Positions 20,769-30,431 of a stretch of DNA of 64,000 nucleotides are shown here, piece by piece. Where the stretch lies: the IMG/VR virus record IMGVR_UViG_2693429668_000006. The stretch is one strand, 5' to 3'. This stretch comes from a virus. Lineage: Duplodnaviria > Heunggongvirae > Uroviricota > Caudoviricetes. Made by a program: the position numbers and the translations under genes. Numbering within the stretch: the first letter of the stretch is position 1; each line of letters starts with the position of its first letter. Under the pieces are notes generated by a model that saw only the letters and a list, made by a program, of their open reading frames with translations, ran no database searches and was not told the origin of the DNA.

Positions 20769-21023
20769 GTATGCTGTCAGCGGTGTTTTATTGAGGAATT
20801 TTTGTTTGGATATGCTATCAGCGGTAATTAATGGCATATGTCAGACCTTCGTATGCTGCCAGCGGTAATTTTGTTCTGGTTATACCCATACCGGTACACA
20901 TTATTCATGCAATGTCTTAAGTATGCTGTCAGCGGTAAAAAATCGAGTAAAGTATGCTGTGAGCGGTGAGATAGACTCTCGATATGCTATCAGCGGCAGT
21001 TGATTGTGTATGCTGTCAGCGGT
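20769..21023. repeat. downstream iteron cluster 2 (7 copies)
   Basis: copies at 20769, 20810, 20851, 20921, 20952, 20982, 21008. Confidence 0.75.
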
Positions 21024-21070
21024 GACGACTATGAAATATGACTGCGGAACGTGCCGCAGTCAGTTTGCAT

Positions 21071-21283
21071 TTAGTGTATTTTCTTCAACAGACCCCAAAG
21101 TGTTCCGGCTTTTGTAGTCAGTTTTCCTGTTTCTGGATCGTACATACGCCATTCACGCCGCTGGTGGACGATATACCCATCTTCACGTTCCAGACGCTCA
21201 AGAATGCCAGGCTGCTTGAAACCCTTAGCACGCCAGTATCCGCTTGTTTTCTCGATTTCCAGACCTGCCAGTGTTAATGCCAT
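21071..21283 (-). CDS. hypothetical protein (70 aa)
   Basis: ORF track; ATGA-type overlap with upstream gene. Confidence 0.35.
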   Translation of the reverse strand: MALTLAGLEIEKTSGYWRAKGFKQPGILERLEREDGYIVHQRREWRMYDPETGKLTTKAGTLWGLLKKIH

Positions 21284-21618
21284 TATCCAACCTCCTTGCA
21301 GTCATCGAAAAGGTAGCTTTGCTGAGAAGCGTGAACGCCATAGAAGCCCTTGTATTTGTTGTATACGAAGTGGTCTTCTCCGACGCCGGTTAATTTGCCA
21401 TTACGATTTGTGAGATATGGGGATGACAACACTCGATCGTCACGCACAACATAGAACTGGTCGCCGCTGTCTACGACCATCGCTCCATATGGTGCTTTTA
21501 TGACGTCGGTAAGAGCGCCATTCTTAACGTCGGCTACAGACATTTCACACTGATAAACAGTGGTGTCGGCCACAACGATCGAAGAAAGGAACAACAGCGC
21601 GAATGGGATGGCCTTCAT
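21283..21618 (-). CDS. secreted hypothetical protein (signal peptide)
   Basis: N-terminal MKAIPFALLFLSSIVVA signal-like sequence. Confidence 0.45.
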   Translation of the reverse strand: MKAIPFALLFLSSIVVADTTVYQCEMSVADVKNGALTDVIKAPYGAMVVDSGDQFYVVRDDRVLSSPYLTNRNGKLTGVGEDHFVYNKYKGFYGVHASQQSYLFDDCKEVG

Positions 21619-21794
21619 GCTGCCACCTCTTTGATTACATCAAATGCTGAATTAAATACGAGCACGATAGCCAAAGCGTTTATGACTACGTCGTGCACCG
21701 GGGAAAAGACTTTACGAATGACACCAGTGAAAATGCAGTCGATGACAAAAGCTATTGAAACGATGAGTAACAAGTATTCAATAAAAATCTTCAT
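21615..21794 (-). CDS. small membrane protein (59 aa), below ORF-track cutoff
   Basis: hydrophobic ORF with stop/start overlap to downstream gene; class-A-like motif at 21795-21817 upstream. Confidence 0.35.
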   Translation of the reverse strand: MKIFIEYLLLIVSIAFVIDCIFTGVIRKVFSPVHDVVINALAIVLVFNSAFDVIKEVAA

Positions 21795-21833
21795 GATAGG
21801 TAGATACTAACTTATATAAATTTTACTGTAAAC

Positions 21834-22109
21834 TCACTCAAAAGTGCTGATGCTTAAAATACGCTCAAGATGTTCGGCATCTTCATCACTGATTTGTTGA
21901 GTCTCTTCTACGTACCAACAGTTGCCGTTATGCCAACAAACACCATCATCATCAACCATCACTGAATCAGCGTCATGACCTGTATATTCAACGAGAATAC
22001 GCTGGATCAGCGCGTCAGTTTCTTCGTCGTTAAGGCCATCGGCTTTGACCATAAAAAGCGGAAACACGTCATAGACAGTGCTGGTAACGATTCGAACTAA
22101 AACTCTCAT
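21834..22109 (-). CDS. hypothetical protein (91 aa)
   Basis: conserved initiation context at 22109. Confidence 0.45.
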   Translation of the reverse strand: MRVLVRIVTSTVYDVFPLFMVKADGLNDEETDALIQRILVEYTGHDADSVMVDDDGVCWHNGNCWYVEETQQISDEDAEHLERILSISTFE

Positions 22110-22164
22110 GTGTTTTTCCTTTTGTGGTTAGTGTTTACTTATTTTGTTAGTTATGAATAGGCGA

Positions 22165-22590
22165 TCAATCTTCTTGTTTAGGGAAAAACTGTTCAATAAC
22201 TCTGTCAACGGCTGTGTCTATATGGAGTAGATGCCACACAACCATATCTTTGCTTCCCATGCCTTGTGTGAATATCACGTCATACTTACGCCATGCGCAG
22301 TGGAACCAATATGCTGAGTCATCAATTGGTAAATCCTCTCCCGCCTCTTTGAAGTATTTCAGCAGCATTGCCTGCTCTGCCGTTGGCGTTGGACCTATTT
22401 CCTGAGCGTACATACGGATGAATCGCTGCCAGTCTGTCTCGTCGGGGGTTGGATCTGGTGGGGTCATTTCTGCGATAGCGTTTCGTAGCTGATGCGCCCA
22501 ATCAGGTTCAGGAAAGCCTTTTGCTACTTCATCATCAATAACATCCAGAGCCACGTTTGCGGCATCGTAGAGTTTCTTAATAGCTGCCAT
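22165..22590 (-). CDS. hypothetical protein (141 aa)
   Basis: ORF track; class-B motif upstream. Confidence 0.45.
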   Translation of the reverse strand: MAAIKKLYDAANVALDVIDDEVAKGFPEPDWAHQLRNAIAEMTPPDPTPDETDWQRFIRMYAQEIGPTPTAEQAMLLKYFKEAGEDLPIDDSAYWFHCAWRKYDVIFTQGMGSKDMVVWHLLHIDTAVDRVIEQFFPKQED

Positions 22591-22602
22591 GTTTTCTTAT
22601 CC

Positions 22603-22626
22603 TTTTAAACAAATTGTTTTCTTAAT
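22603..22626 (-). promoter_or_regulatory. class-B palindromic motif TTTTAAACAAATTGTTTTCTTAAT
   Basis: upstream of gene starting at 22590. Confidence 0.4.
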
Positions 22627-22681
22627 AAGATAATTGCGATAAAAAAGGCGTCCAACTGGACGCCTGAACTTTTTAGGGGAG

Positions 22682-23512
22682 TTATTTCACTGTAATGAAA
22701 GGAGTGTTAGCCCCTTGAGTCATGTACTGCGGTAACTGGCCATTCCATTTATTGATGGCTTCCAGTTCCATAACGTTCGGGTTTTGACGCAGAGCTTCAC
22801 CGCGCAGACGAATGGCGTCTGCTTCTGCTTGCGCACGAGCACGGATAGCATCAGCTTCACCATTAGCCTGTTCACGTAGCATATTCGCCTCAGCTTTACG
22901 TTGTTCAACTTCCTGCTGACGTTGCAGAGTACGCTGGTTAGCCGTTACTTTGGCGTTAATAGATTCAATGACAGTTTTTGGGTAATCAGGCTTTCCAACC
23001 CATGACAGGCTCAGTACCTCAATACCAACCGGAGACATCTCTTTCTGAATATCTTTCAGTGCGTTGTCCAGCAATTGTGCCTTACCACCGTCGATAAATG
23101 AGTCAGTGGTCATACGGCTGGCCAAACGGTTTAGAGAGTCGGCAATTTTCTGACGCAGATCTGATTCGGTGATATCGTCTACGCCTTTGCGATAGGTCTG
23201 GAACACCGTCGTTACCTTGTCACGATTAACCAGATACGCAACGCCAATTTTGTGACCAATAGCAGTACCGTCACTCATCTGGAATGTGAACGGCTCGTCG
23301 TAGGTCTTTATTTGTTTGAAGGTCGGGAATACGTAAAGTTCGGTGTTAAGACCTGTCCATTGGCGACCAACGCCAACCACTTCACCAATCCCTTTGTCTT
23401 CACCTAATTTGTTTACTTTGATGCCAACGTATCCAGGCTCCACGCGATCACAGCCAGTAAGACCCATTGTGCAAATAGCCGCCAGAGCAACTGCAAGTAA
23501 ACCTTTCTTCAT
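22682..23512 (-). CDS. SPFH/band-7 domain lipoprotein
   Basis: lipobox LTGC after signal peptide; SPFH-like core; C-terminal Ala/Glu/Arg/Gln-rich coiled coil. Confidence 0.55.
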   Translation of the reverse strand: MKKGLLAVALAAICTMGLTGCDRVEPGYVGIKVNKLGEDKGIGEVVGVGRQWTGLNTELYVFPTFKQIKTYDEPFTFQMSDGTAIGHKIGVAYLVNRDKVTTVFQTYRKGVDDITESDLRQKIADSLNRLASRMTTDSFIDGGKAQLLDNALKDIQKEMSPVGIEVLSLSWVGKPDYPKTVIESINAKVTANQRTLQRQQEVEQRKAEANMLREQANGEADAIRARAQAEADAIRLRGEALRQNPNVMELEAINKWNGQLPQYMTQGANTPFITVK

Positions 23513-23515
23513 TAC

Positions 23516-23716
23516 TTATTTCCCCTTTGCTTTGATTAATGAGTTGATAAACTTACGACCAGCAATAAGACCGATTACAGGAGCACCAAAACCAACGACA
23601 ACTCCAAACATGACGGCTAAATCACTCTTGGTAGAAATCAGCGACGGAACCAGTAAACCGTAGATGAGAGCCACTGAAAGGCCTGTGGCTACTGCCAATA
23701 GATAGATTTTGATCAT
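23516..23716 (-). CDS. small membrane protein (66 aa)
   Basis: two hydrophobic segments; immediately upstream of SPFH gene. Confidence 0.4.
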   Translation of the reverse strand: MIKIYLLAVATGLSVALIYGLLVPSLISTKSDLAVMFGVVVGFGAPVIGLIAGRKFINSLIKAKGK

Positions 23717-23745
23717 GTGTTTTCCTATGTGGTTGTTATGTGAAA

Positions 23746-23768
23746 ATAATAAGTAAGTACTTATATAT
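23746..23768 (-). promoter_or_regulatory. class-A palindromic motif AATAATAAGTAAGTACTTATATAT
   Basis: upstream of 23716 start. Confidence 0.45.
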
Positions 23769-23807
23769 TTTCAAGAGATAAAAAGGCGTCCTGTGGACGC
23801 CTTGTGT

Positions 23808-26147
23808 TTACTCTTCTACTGACTCGGTGGGGTTGTCTTTTGCTCTTCGGTCGTCGATTGCCTGCAAAGCCGCAATGATTTCAGCCAGTGGCTTCTCCCG
23901 ATACATCTCGACGATCTGCGATTTGGTGTATTTCTTGTCACCAATTTCAACTCGCCCGCTGGCGTTCTTTGGCAGGTATCCTTCTTCCAGCATGTACTCG
24001 ACGAGCGATTCGATAACGTCGAGGCCACGAGTAGGATCGAAGTAGAATTTCCAGGTGCATTTGCCATACGGTGGTGCAACTTTGTTTTTGATGCATTCTG
24101 CGCCTACGTCCTGGCCGATCTTCTCTTTACCATCCTTCATCACCGATGCACCAAGACGGATACGTACAGAAGCGTAGAACTTCGGTGAATCTCCACCTGG
24201 CGACGTAGTAGGGTCGCCAAACATTACACCGATTTTTGTGCGAACCTGATTCAAGAAGATGATGCAGGCGTTGTATTTGCGTGCCCACAAAGCCAGAGTA
24301 GGGAAGTTCGCACTCGTCGCACGAGCCAGTGCCGTATTGTCGTTCATGTTTAGCTGATCTTTGTCTTTGGCTGTGCCTTCAGCCATCTTTTCGAACTTCT
24401 CGGCTTTGGAGTTCGGAACCATAGACGCAAGAGAGTCAGCCACGATACAGATAGGTGCTGATTCGGGGATAAGCTCTTCATCACGAACCAATTTAAGTAT
24501 TGTGCCGATCAACTCTACAGAGTCTTCGAAGGTATCTGGCTGCTTGTATACCCACTGACCGTCATCCTCATCTGCGTTCAGGCCATTGGCTACAGCCAGG
24601 CCAACGTCAAAACTGTTTTCATGATCGAGGAATACCGCCAGACCATCTTGTTTTTGAGCGGAGATCATCGCTGCTGTTGCAAGGAATGTGTTGTGGCTGA
24701 TAATCCCGTTAGACCAGAAAGAGTGTGTTTCCGGCATCGCTACGTCGAACGTTGGTGCTTCACCTTCCTCAATAGCCACGACTTCGTCGTAGAACAAGTT
24801 AGAGCCAATTACCGCTGCCAGTTGTGCAAACAGATGCTCGTTAAAACGATTCTTTCTGCCAATGAAGGAGACATAGATTTCTCGCAGTTTGTCTATTCCG
24901 ACACGATCGCCGCGGCCAATAACGTGGTCTACCAGAGCGTAGTCTTCACGGGTGGTCTTGGTGAGCGACTCGTAGAGTGATTTCACTAAGCCGCTGATGT
25001 GCGGAACATAGCCTGAGTAAGTGCGGTCAAAACCAATGTCCCGTTTGGTTGCCACTGATAAACGTGCCGGAGATTCGAAACCAATCGTTGACAGAAAAAG
25101 GTCGTAATTAGAGCCACTGAATGACAGCCGGTAATATGTATTTTCATAACCCGCGACGTGTTTTTCAGAGATAGTTGACGTAATCCCCAGATTCAGGAGC
25201 ATGAGGCGAATTTGCTGTAGCAGCAGCCCACTCGCGCTCACAACCTCAATGCAGCGACCATCATTGACGTGGCATTCCAGCTCAAAGTAGCCGCGAAGGA
25301 ATGCAATTTGAGCCTCGCTATTGGCGCGACGCACACTCAACGGAACCTGCTTGCCAGCAGCTTTCTCATACTCCAGACCATATTCTTTAAAAAGCAGCGA
25401 ACGCACCTCTTTGCTAAACAGCACATGGTCTTCCGAGCCGTTATGTTTTCTCGTAACTGGCATCTTGTCTGATACCAGCGAAATGAGGCGGTAGTACTCA
25501 TCCTTGATGAAAGGATCTGTGTTAGAAAAATTCACTGAATTTTCAGAGGCCACGTATCCGTCAGCAATTAAATAGCCCATCAGTTTTGCGATATTGGCAT
25601 CCAGGTGCTGATCGCCGAATTGATGTGTGCCAACCATTGAAGGAATCGTGTCGCCTACACTGATTTTTTCAGCATGTCGCCAGACGACATTACCTAAGTC
25701 GTCAACCACACGGATTGGGTGACGGAACGTAGCCTCGATATAACCGCCTGATGCCAGCTTAATACGCTTGAATTTGCGACGGTTGTTCCATGTCAGGTGT
25801 GAGGTCTTCTCTATCACGCCATTTTCATTGATGAGTCCAACGTTATGCTCTACATCGCGAGTAGTGCATGTCGCTTTGTACCCTTCAATCTCAAACAACT
25901 CTTTCACTGTTACCATTCCACGCTCCGTCAGCAGCATGGTGTCTGCGGTAACACATTTCCCCGCGCTTGGTGGCCCGAATACTTCTACGATACGACCACA
26001 TGGGAAACCGCCATCGTAACGACCGGAAATAGCTTTGTTTAACGGAGGAAAGCCTGTGTCAATCCAATGAGTTACTTTCTGAATTTCGTCGTTGCTACCG
26101 ATTTTCTTTTTCAGAGCAAGTGCCAGTGCGGATTTTCCTTTTGCCAT
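23808..26147 (-). CDS. recA: RecA-like recombinase precursor interrupted by an intein
   Basis: exteins (64 + 293 aa) carry RecA motifs GRIVEVFGPPSAGK|TF, FLDHENSFD, IIFLNQVR; insertion inside Walker A. Confidence 0.8.
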   Translation of the reverse strand: MAKGKSALALALKKKIGSNDEIQKVTHWIDTGFPPLNKAISGRYDGGFPCGRIVEVFGPPSAGKCVTADTMLLTERGMVTVKELFEIEGYKATCTTRDVEHNVGLINENGVIEKTSHLTWNNRRKFKRIKLASGGYIEATFRHPIRVVDDLGNVVWRHAEKISVGDTIPSMVGTHQFGDQHLDANIAKLMGYLIADGYVASENSVNFSNTDPFIKDEYYRLISLVSDKMPVTRKHNGSEDHVLFSKEVRSLLFKEYGLEYEKAAGKQVPLSVRRANSEAQIAFLRGYFELECHVNDGRCIEVVSASGLLLQQIRLMLLNLGITSTISEKHVAGYENTYYRLSFSGSNYDLFLSTIGFESPARLSVATKRDIGFDRTYSGYVPHISGLVKSLYESLTKTTREDYALVDHVIGRGDRVGIDKLREIYVSFIGRKNRFNEHLFAQLAAVIGSNLFYDEVVAIEEGEAPTFDVAMPETHSFWSNGIISHNTFLATAAMISAQKQDGLAVFLDHENSFDVGLAVANGLNADEDDGQWVYKQPDTFEDSVELIGTILKLVRDEELIPESAPICIVADSLASMVPNSKAEKFEKMAEGTAKDKDQLNMNDNTALARATSANFPTLALWARKYNACIIFLNQVRTKIGVMFGDPTTSPGGDSPKFYASVRIRLGASVMKDGKEKIGQDVGAECIKNKVAPPYGKCTWKFYFDPTRGLDVIESLVEYMLEEGYLPKNASGRVEIGDKKYTKSQIVEMYREKPLAEIIAALQAIDDRRAKDNPTESVEE
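24690..25955 (-). mobile_element. intein (422 aa) with LAGLIDADG homing-endonuclease domain
   Basis: starts Cys (CVTADTML...), ends ...SHN followed by Thr; LAGLIDADG-type motifs LMGYLIADGYV and AFLRGYFELE. Confidence 0.8.
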
Positions 26148-26149
26148 GA

Positions 26150-26422
26150 TCAGGCTCCTTTTGTTTCGTTGATTCGTTTTAAAGCGGCGGATTCGTCTAA
26201 TACAATCGCATCGTGATTAAGGAGTCTGGATACACGAGCGAGGATTTTTACGACCTGCTCGCTGACTAATCCAAACTCGCGATCTGTCGCTTTCATTCCG
26301 GCAGCGCCTAGAATTGACGGCAGTGCGATGACAGCGTACTCACCGTGATAAAAGACAATCTCTTTTGCCAGTTGGGTGGGGGTGGTTGTAGCGCCATTAA
26401 TAATCGATTTAAGCATTAGCAA
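26150..26422 (-). CDS. hypothetical protein (90 aa)
   Basis: ORF track. Confidence 0.4.
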   Translation of the reverse strand: MLMLKSIINGATTTPTQLAKEIVFYHGEYAVIALPSILGAAGMKATDREFGLVSEQVVKILARVSRLLNHDAIVLDESAALKRINETKGA

Positions 26423-27411
26423 TACCTTTCGAATGGAAGAACAAACACTTCAAGGTCTTCAAGGAACGAACGGAAATTCAGCTCGTAGCACAGTTGCTCG
26501 AATGCTTTCACGTCACGATTGCCTTTGATTGTTTCGATTTCGGTAGGCGGAAACTTCGTCTCAATCAGGTTCATTAGCGTGATGTTTCTCTTGAACGCTT
26601 CGAGCATTCGACAGCCTGTTTTCTCGTTGAAGGCATTCTTCGCTAGTTTGTTGAAGGCGGTCTTATGACGCCCTTTATTAACCACGATTGAGCCGTCGTT
26701 GATGCCGCGTACCATCGTTGCGACACTTCCCCATTCATGCAGCAGCTCTTTCGCACCGCCAGCACCAATGCCTCCAACACCGCTAATGTTGTCCGAGTTA
26801 TCGCCTTGTAATGCTTTTGCTTCCAAAAATGCGCGAGGCGTGGCGAATCCTGTCAGCTCCGCAAATTGCTCAAAATTAACCTGCTTGTTTTTGGCGTCTT
26901 CACGCAGGCTTACCCAGCTTACGTTTTCACGAACTAACTGAAGCCAGTCGCTATCGCCTGTTAACAGATAGATGTGTTCAACGGTTGGCTGCGGTGCCAT
27001 GCGGGATACCAGCAGCCCGGCCAGATCATCCGCTTCTGCATCTTTTGCAATGAGTTGGGTAACTCCAAGCGCGGTCATCATTTTGAGGATGTATGGCTTC
27101 TGGATAGCAAAGCCTTCCTTCATCTTTTTCATATCAGGATCGTCGTCGCGATTTGCTTTGTAGTCCGGGTAAAAGTCGCGACGCTTGTCACTAAATCCAT
27201 CCCAAAGAATCATAGGTCGGGCATGGAGGATGGAGGCATAACGACGGACGTTCTTAACAAAGCCGAAAGCAGCCTGTACTTCCATTTCGCCGTTGTGCAA
27301 TTTGTCAGATTGTTGGTGGTAATAACCCAGGCTATTGCCATCTACGAAGAGATAATTCACCGGTACATTCCTTCCAAAAAGTAAGGCGTCCGTAGACGCC
27401 TTACTGGTCAC
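26416..27411 (-). CDS. 5-prime-3-prime exonuclease / flap endonuclease (FEN family)
   Basis: N-terminal YLFVDGNSLGY, acidic cluster DAEADDLAG, H3TH-like C-terminal region. Confidence 0.75.
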   Translation of the reverse strand: MTSKASTDALLFGRNVPVNYLFVDGNSLGYYHQQSDKLHNGEMEVQAAFGFVKNVRRYASILHARPMILWDGFSDKRRDFYPDYKANRDDDPDMKKMKEGFAIQKPYILKMMTALGVTQLIAKDAEADDLAGLLVSRMAPQPTVEHIYLLTGDSDWLQLVRENVSWVSLREDAKNKQVNFEQFAELTGFATPRAFLEAKALQGDNSDNISGVGGIGAGGAKELLHEWGSVATMVRGINDGSIVVNKGRHKTAFNKLAKNAFNEKTGCRMLEAFKRNITLMNLIETKFPPTEIETIKGNRDVKAFEQLCYELNFRSFLEDLEVFVLPFERYC

Positions 27412-27420
27412 GTAATGGGA

Positions 27421-28449
27421 TTACAGAGAGTCCAGCTCTCTCAGTAGGTCATCCAGACCTTCATCTTCCGTCGCAGATGCGGCTGCTACAGATGTCGCTG
27501 CGACTGCTTCAGACTCTTTGACTGATACTGCAACGGCAGCGGAACTTGCTTCTGGTTTAAATTCAGTTTCAACGGCACGGAGGATTTCTTCATCAACCAG
27601 ACTGGTTGGTTCAGAAGCCGGTGTGTGCGCGGTTGCTACAGCCGTCGCTCCTTCTGTATGACCAGTGACAGAGCCAAATCCAGGTAGTGCCGCAGCCGAT
27701 GTTTTCGCGGTTGAGGAAATTGCTGGTGCAGATGCTGCGGCAGTTGGTGCAGCGATGCCAATCAGACGACCCATAGTGCGAACTGTCGACAGAAGACGAG
27801 TTTCATCAGCCTGATTTGCGTATGCGATCAGATCATGCTGGGTGTTCCAGAATTTATCTTCGATATCGCCTTTGTAGACTTTACGCTTAGGCGAGACGTC
27901 ATATTTGGTATCGCGACCAGAGCCAGTACGTTTAATCAGGAATGCGTAGCCTTCCTCTTTGCTCAGTGGATTGCCGATATCATCAGCGATGTCTTCGGTG
28001 ATTGCTTTGCAGATATCATCGAATACAGTAGACGGCAGCTCGATTAACTGGCATTTCTCAGCATCTGCGAAATCCTCACGAGCAGAAAGAATGCCGTTGA
28101 CCAGGTAGCGAGGAGTGGCACGCATTTGACCGATGCGTTCTTCCATTGCTTTGTTACCCTTGTGACGAGCGCGACCTTCCATAACCATTTCGCATAGCTG
28201 ACAAGCGCGACCGTGAGTATGTTGCTCACAAATATAAGCGTTGGTTGCTTCTTTACCTTCCTCGTTCTGATACTTAACGTAGTGCATACCGAAAGTCTGG
28301 AAGAACTTACCGTTTGGGTCGTCTTTATTCGGGAAGATGCGGATATAGTTGACGCCGTCTTTTAAGCGAGTCAGATCAACGTTGTTGCCACGTTTGGCGG
28401 CAATGTCTTCACGAGTTTTGTTAAGCAAATCAAGTAATGTCTTAGACAT
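27421..28449 (-). CDS. single-stranded DNA-binding protein, T4 gp32-like
   Basis: VNYIRIFPNKDD... collinear with gp32 core; H/C zinc-ligand cluster (CEQHTHGRACQLC); acidic C-terminal tail (DEGLDDLLRELDSL). Confidence 0.6.
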   Translation of the reverse strand: MSKTLLDLLNKTREDIAAKRGNNVDLTRLKDGVNYIRIFPNKDDPNGKFFQTFGMHYVKYQNEEGKEATNAYICEQHTHGRACQLCEMVMEGRARHKGNKAMEERIGQMRATPRYLVNGILSAREDFADAEKCQLIELPSTVFDDICKAITEDIADDIGNPLSKEEGYAFLIKRTGSGRDTKYDVSPKRKVYKGDIEDKFWNTQHDLIAYANQADETRLLSTVRTMGRLIGIAAPTAAASAPAISSTAKTSAAALPGFGSVTGHTEGATAVATAHTPASEPTSLVDEEILRAVETEFKPEASSAAVAVSVKESEAVAATSVAAASATEDEGLDDLLRELDSL

Positions 28450-28532
28450 GTGTTTCTCCTTGTTGTGATTTGGCCGATGGCGCTATGCGCGTTGGGCTTT
28501 CGTTCATTCGTGGCTCTTTCGAGCTGTTAAAT

Positions 28533-28560
28533 GATAGATCAGTACTTACTTATTATCTAT
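28533..28560 (-). promoter_or_regulatory. class-A palindromic motif GATAGATCAGTACTTACTTATTATCTAT
   Basis: upstream of SSB gene. Confidence 0.45.
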
Positions 28561-28566
28561 CAAAAA

Positions 28567-28998
28567 TCAACGGGGAGTAATAAAGCGTTCAGAGCCTAAT
28601 CGCTCTAATTCAACGATGGCCATCTTTGACGCCTGAACGATCATGTCTCGGCGATGCGAAAAGGCGGCGACAGCATGTTTGTATATGTCTGCGATGTGCC
28701 GTGCTTCATCCAACTTCTGCCGTTTAGACAGATACTGTGGGTTTGTTTTAACCTTAGCGTCCAGTACAGACTCGTTGAACTTAATGCCGTTCATACTCAA
28801 GTTCTTACGCTCTGTGTCGTATAGCTTTGCTTCAACAGCTTCAAGGTTAAGTTTTGCCTCTGCGACATCTCGATCTGCCTGCGCTAGTTTTGACCCATAC
28901 TCCATTAAAAGCCGTGGCTGTTTACGCCATACTTCCTCAAGGTTGTCGCGGTCGAACTCCAGATCGGCCATGATTTTAGAAAAAATATCAGTGTTCAC
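28567..28998 (-). CDS. hypothetical coiled-coil protein (143 aa); possible UvsY-like mediator
   Basis: size and position next to SSB/recombinase genes only. Confidence 0.35.
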   Translation of the reverse strand: MNTDIFSKIMADLEFDRDNLEEVWRKQPRLLMEYGSKLAQADRDVAEAKLNLEAVEAKLYDTERKNLSMNGIKFNESVLDAKVKTNPQYLSKRQKLDEARHIADIYKHAVAAFSHRRDMIVQASKMAIVELERLGSERFITPR

Positions 28999-29253
28999 TC
29001 TAATAGGTTCCTACTTATAAAATCTGTATCAATTATATCAAACAGAGAACGGGTTTATGGCGTCATGTCAACTTTGTTCAGGGGAAAAATATTGAGATCA
29101 CCGAAGATAATTAGTTGTCTTATTTTGGTAAGCTGTGCTGACCATCTTTAGGTCACATACATGAGATGGATGGGGGTGTGGCATGAACGGATGAAATTCA
29201 GTCGCCGTTGACAGATGTCAACACTGTGAATAGAATACTATTATCGGAGGCGA

Positions 29254-29478
29254 ATGAAGCAACATCCGAATAAGCATATTCAAGCAGCCATTGACTATGC
29301 ATTAAGTAAAGGCTGGATCTGGGTAGCAGCTGGTGGTGCTGCACATTGTTTTTGCAGACTGCGATGCGGTAATCCAGAAGGTGAACACAAAACTCACCAA
29401 ATGAGCGTATGGTCGACTCCGGGTAATCCCGAAAACCATGCCAAACAGATCAAACGAATGGTTGATCGTTGTAAATGA
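29254..29478 (+). CDS. small hypothetical protein (74 aa); possible HicA-like toxin
   Basis: plus-strand island; His/Cys-containing basic protein; weak pattern only. Confidence 0.3.
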   Translation: MKQHPNKHIQAAIDYALSKGWIWVAAGGAAHCFCRLRCGNPEGEHKTHQMSVWSTPGNPENHAKQIKRMVDRCK

Positions 29479-29538
29479 TTTCAAGGCGGCATTAGCCGCC
29501 TTTTGCAGAAACTGTCCAACTATCTTCAAAGGAAAACT

Positions 29539-30102
29539 ATGGCGCTTTATAACTTCACTCTGACGCTCTCAGGCGTATCGTATGAGACGGAAGGACTGGA
29601 AGACGCGCTGTACCAAAACGGCTGTGACGATGCGCTAATTTGCGCATATGGAAACTCCGTCTATGTAGAATTTGACCGCGAAGCACAATCACTTGATGCA
29701 GCTATCGCATCTGCGGTCGACAATATTGAATCAGCCGGTATCGGTGCAATTGTTGAATCCGTCGACTCGGCTCTTGTGGGCTTAAGCGATATCGCGGAAC
29801 TGACAGACCTGTCTCGCCAGGCAGTGGCGTTGCTCAAAGACGGTAAGCGCGGAAGCGGCGACTTCCCTTGCCCTGTACAACGCATAAAAGGCCAGTCTCC
29901 TCTCTGGGATTGGGCTGATGTGGCTGAATGGCTCATGAATAACGGACGACTTAAAGAGGGCGATCAAATTGTCCAAAATGCCCGAACTTTGAGTAAATGG
30001 AATCTGGCGCTTCGAAACAGCGTCTCGAAAGATTTCAACGAAATAGAGCAAATTGCGGAGAAACTGATTAAACGCCGCAAAGATATTGCGAAATGCGCAT
30101 AA
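29539..30102 (+). CDS. hypothetical protein with C-terminal HTH-like segment; possible HicB-like antitoxin
   Basis: ATG at 29539 with RBS; C-terminal ...LSRQAVALLKDG...WADVAEWL helix-turn-helix-like pattern. Confidence 0.35.
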   Translation: MALYNFTLTLSGVSYETEGLEDALYQNGCDDALICAYGNSVYVEFDREAQSLDAAIASAVDNIESAGIGAIVESVDSALVGLSDIAELTDLSRQAVALLKDGKRGSGDFPCPVQRIKGQSPLWDWADVAEWLMNNGRLKEGDQIVQNARTLSKWNLALRNSVSKDFNEIEQIAEKLIKRRKDIAKCA

Positions 30103-30431
30103 TGATGCCCGCCAATTGGCGGGCATCTGTTCTCTGTAAAGGTGTCTGGCATCGTCTGGTTCGTTAACGTTTACTAAACCAATGGTGACAAAAATTAGTT
30201 ATCTTTGAAAAATAAAGGTTGCATGAAAAGAAGGGGTATGCGTTAATAGCATCGTTGGTTTGCAAGACAGACCTTATGTAAGCAGTTTTAGTAAAGCAGT
30301 CTCAGTTCAGTGTTATCTTCTGATTTCCCTTCTTCGTGAGTCTCCTCCTTAAGTGCCTAAGTAAGTCCCAATCTATACAGATCAAATTCTCGCCGCACTA
30401 TGTGGCTCACAAAATTAAGAAGGTAATATCT

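Noticed and set aside
19275-21023. Possible CRISPR array (short repeats with intervening sequence)
   Set aside because: Repeats are 16 bp, variably degenerate, irregularly spaced (21-70 bp) and bracket a Rep-like gene; this is an iteron array, and no cas genes are present.
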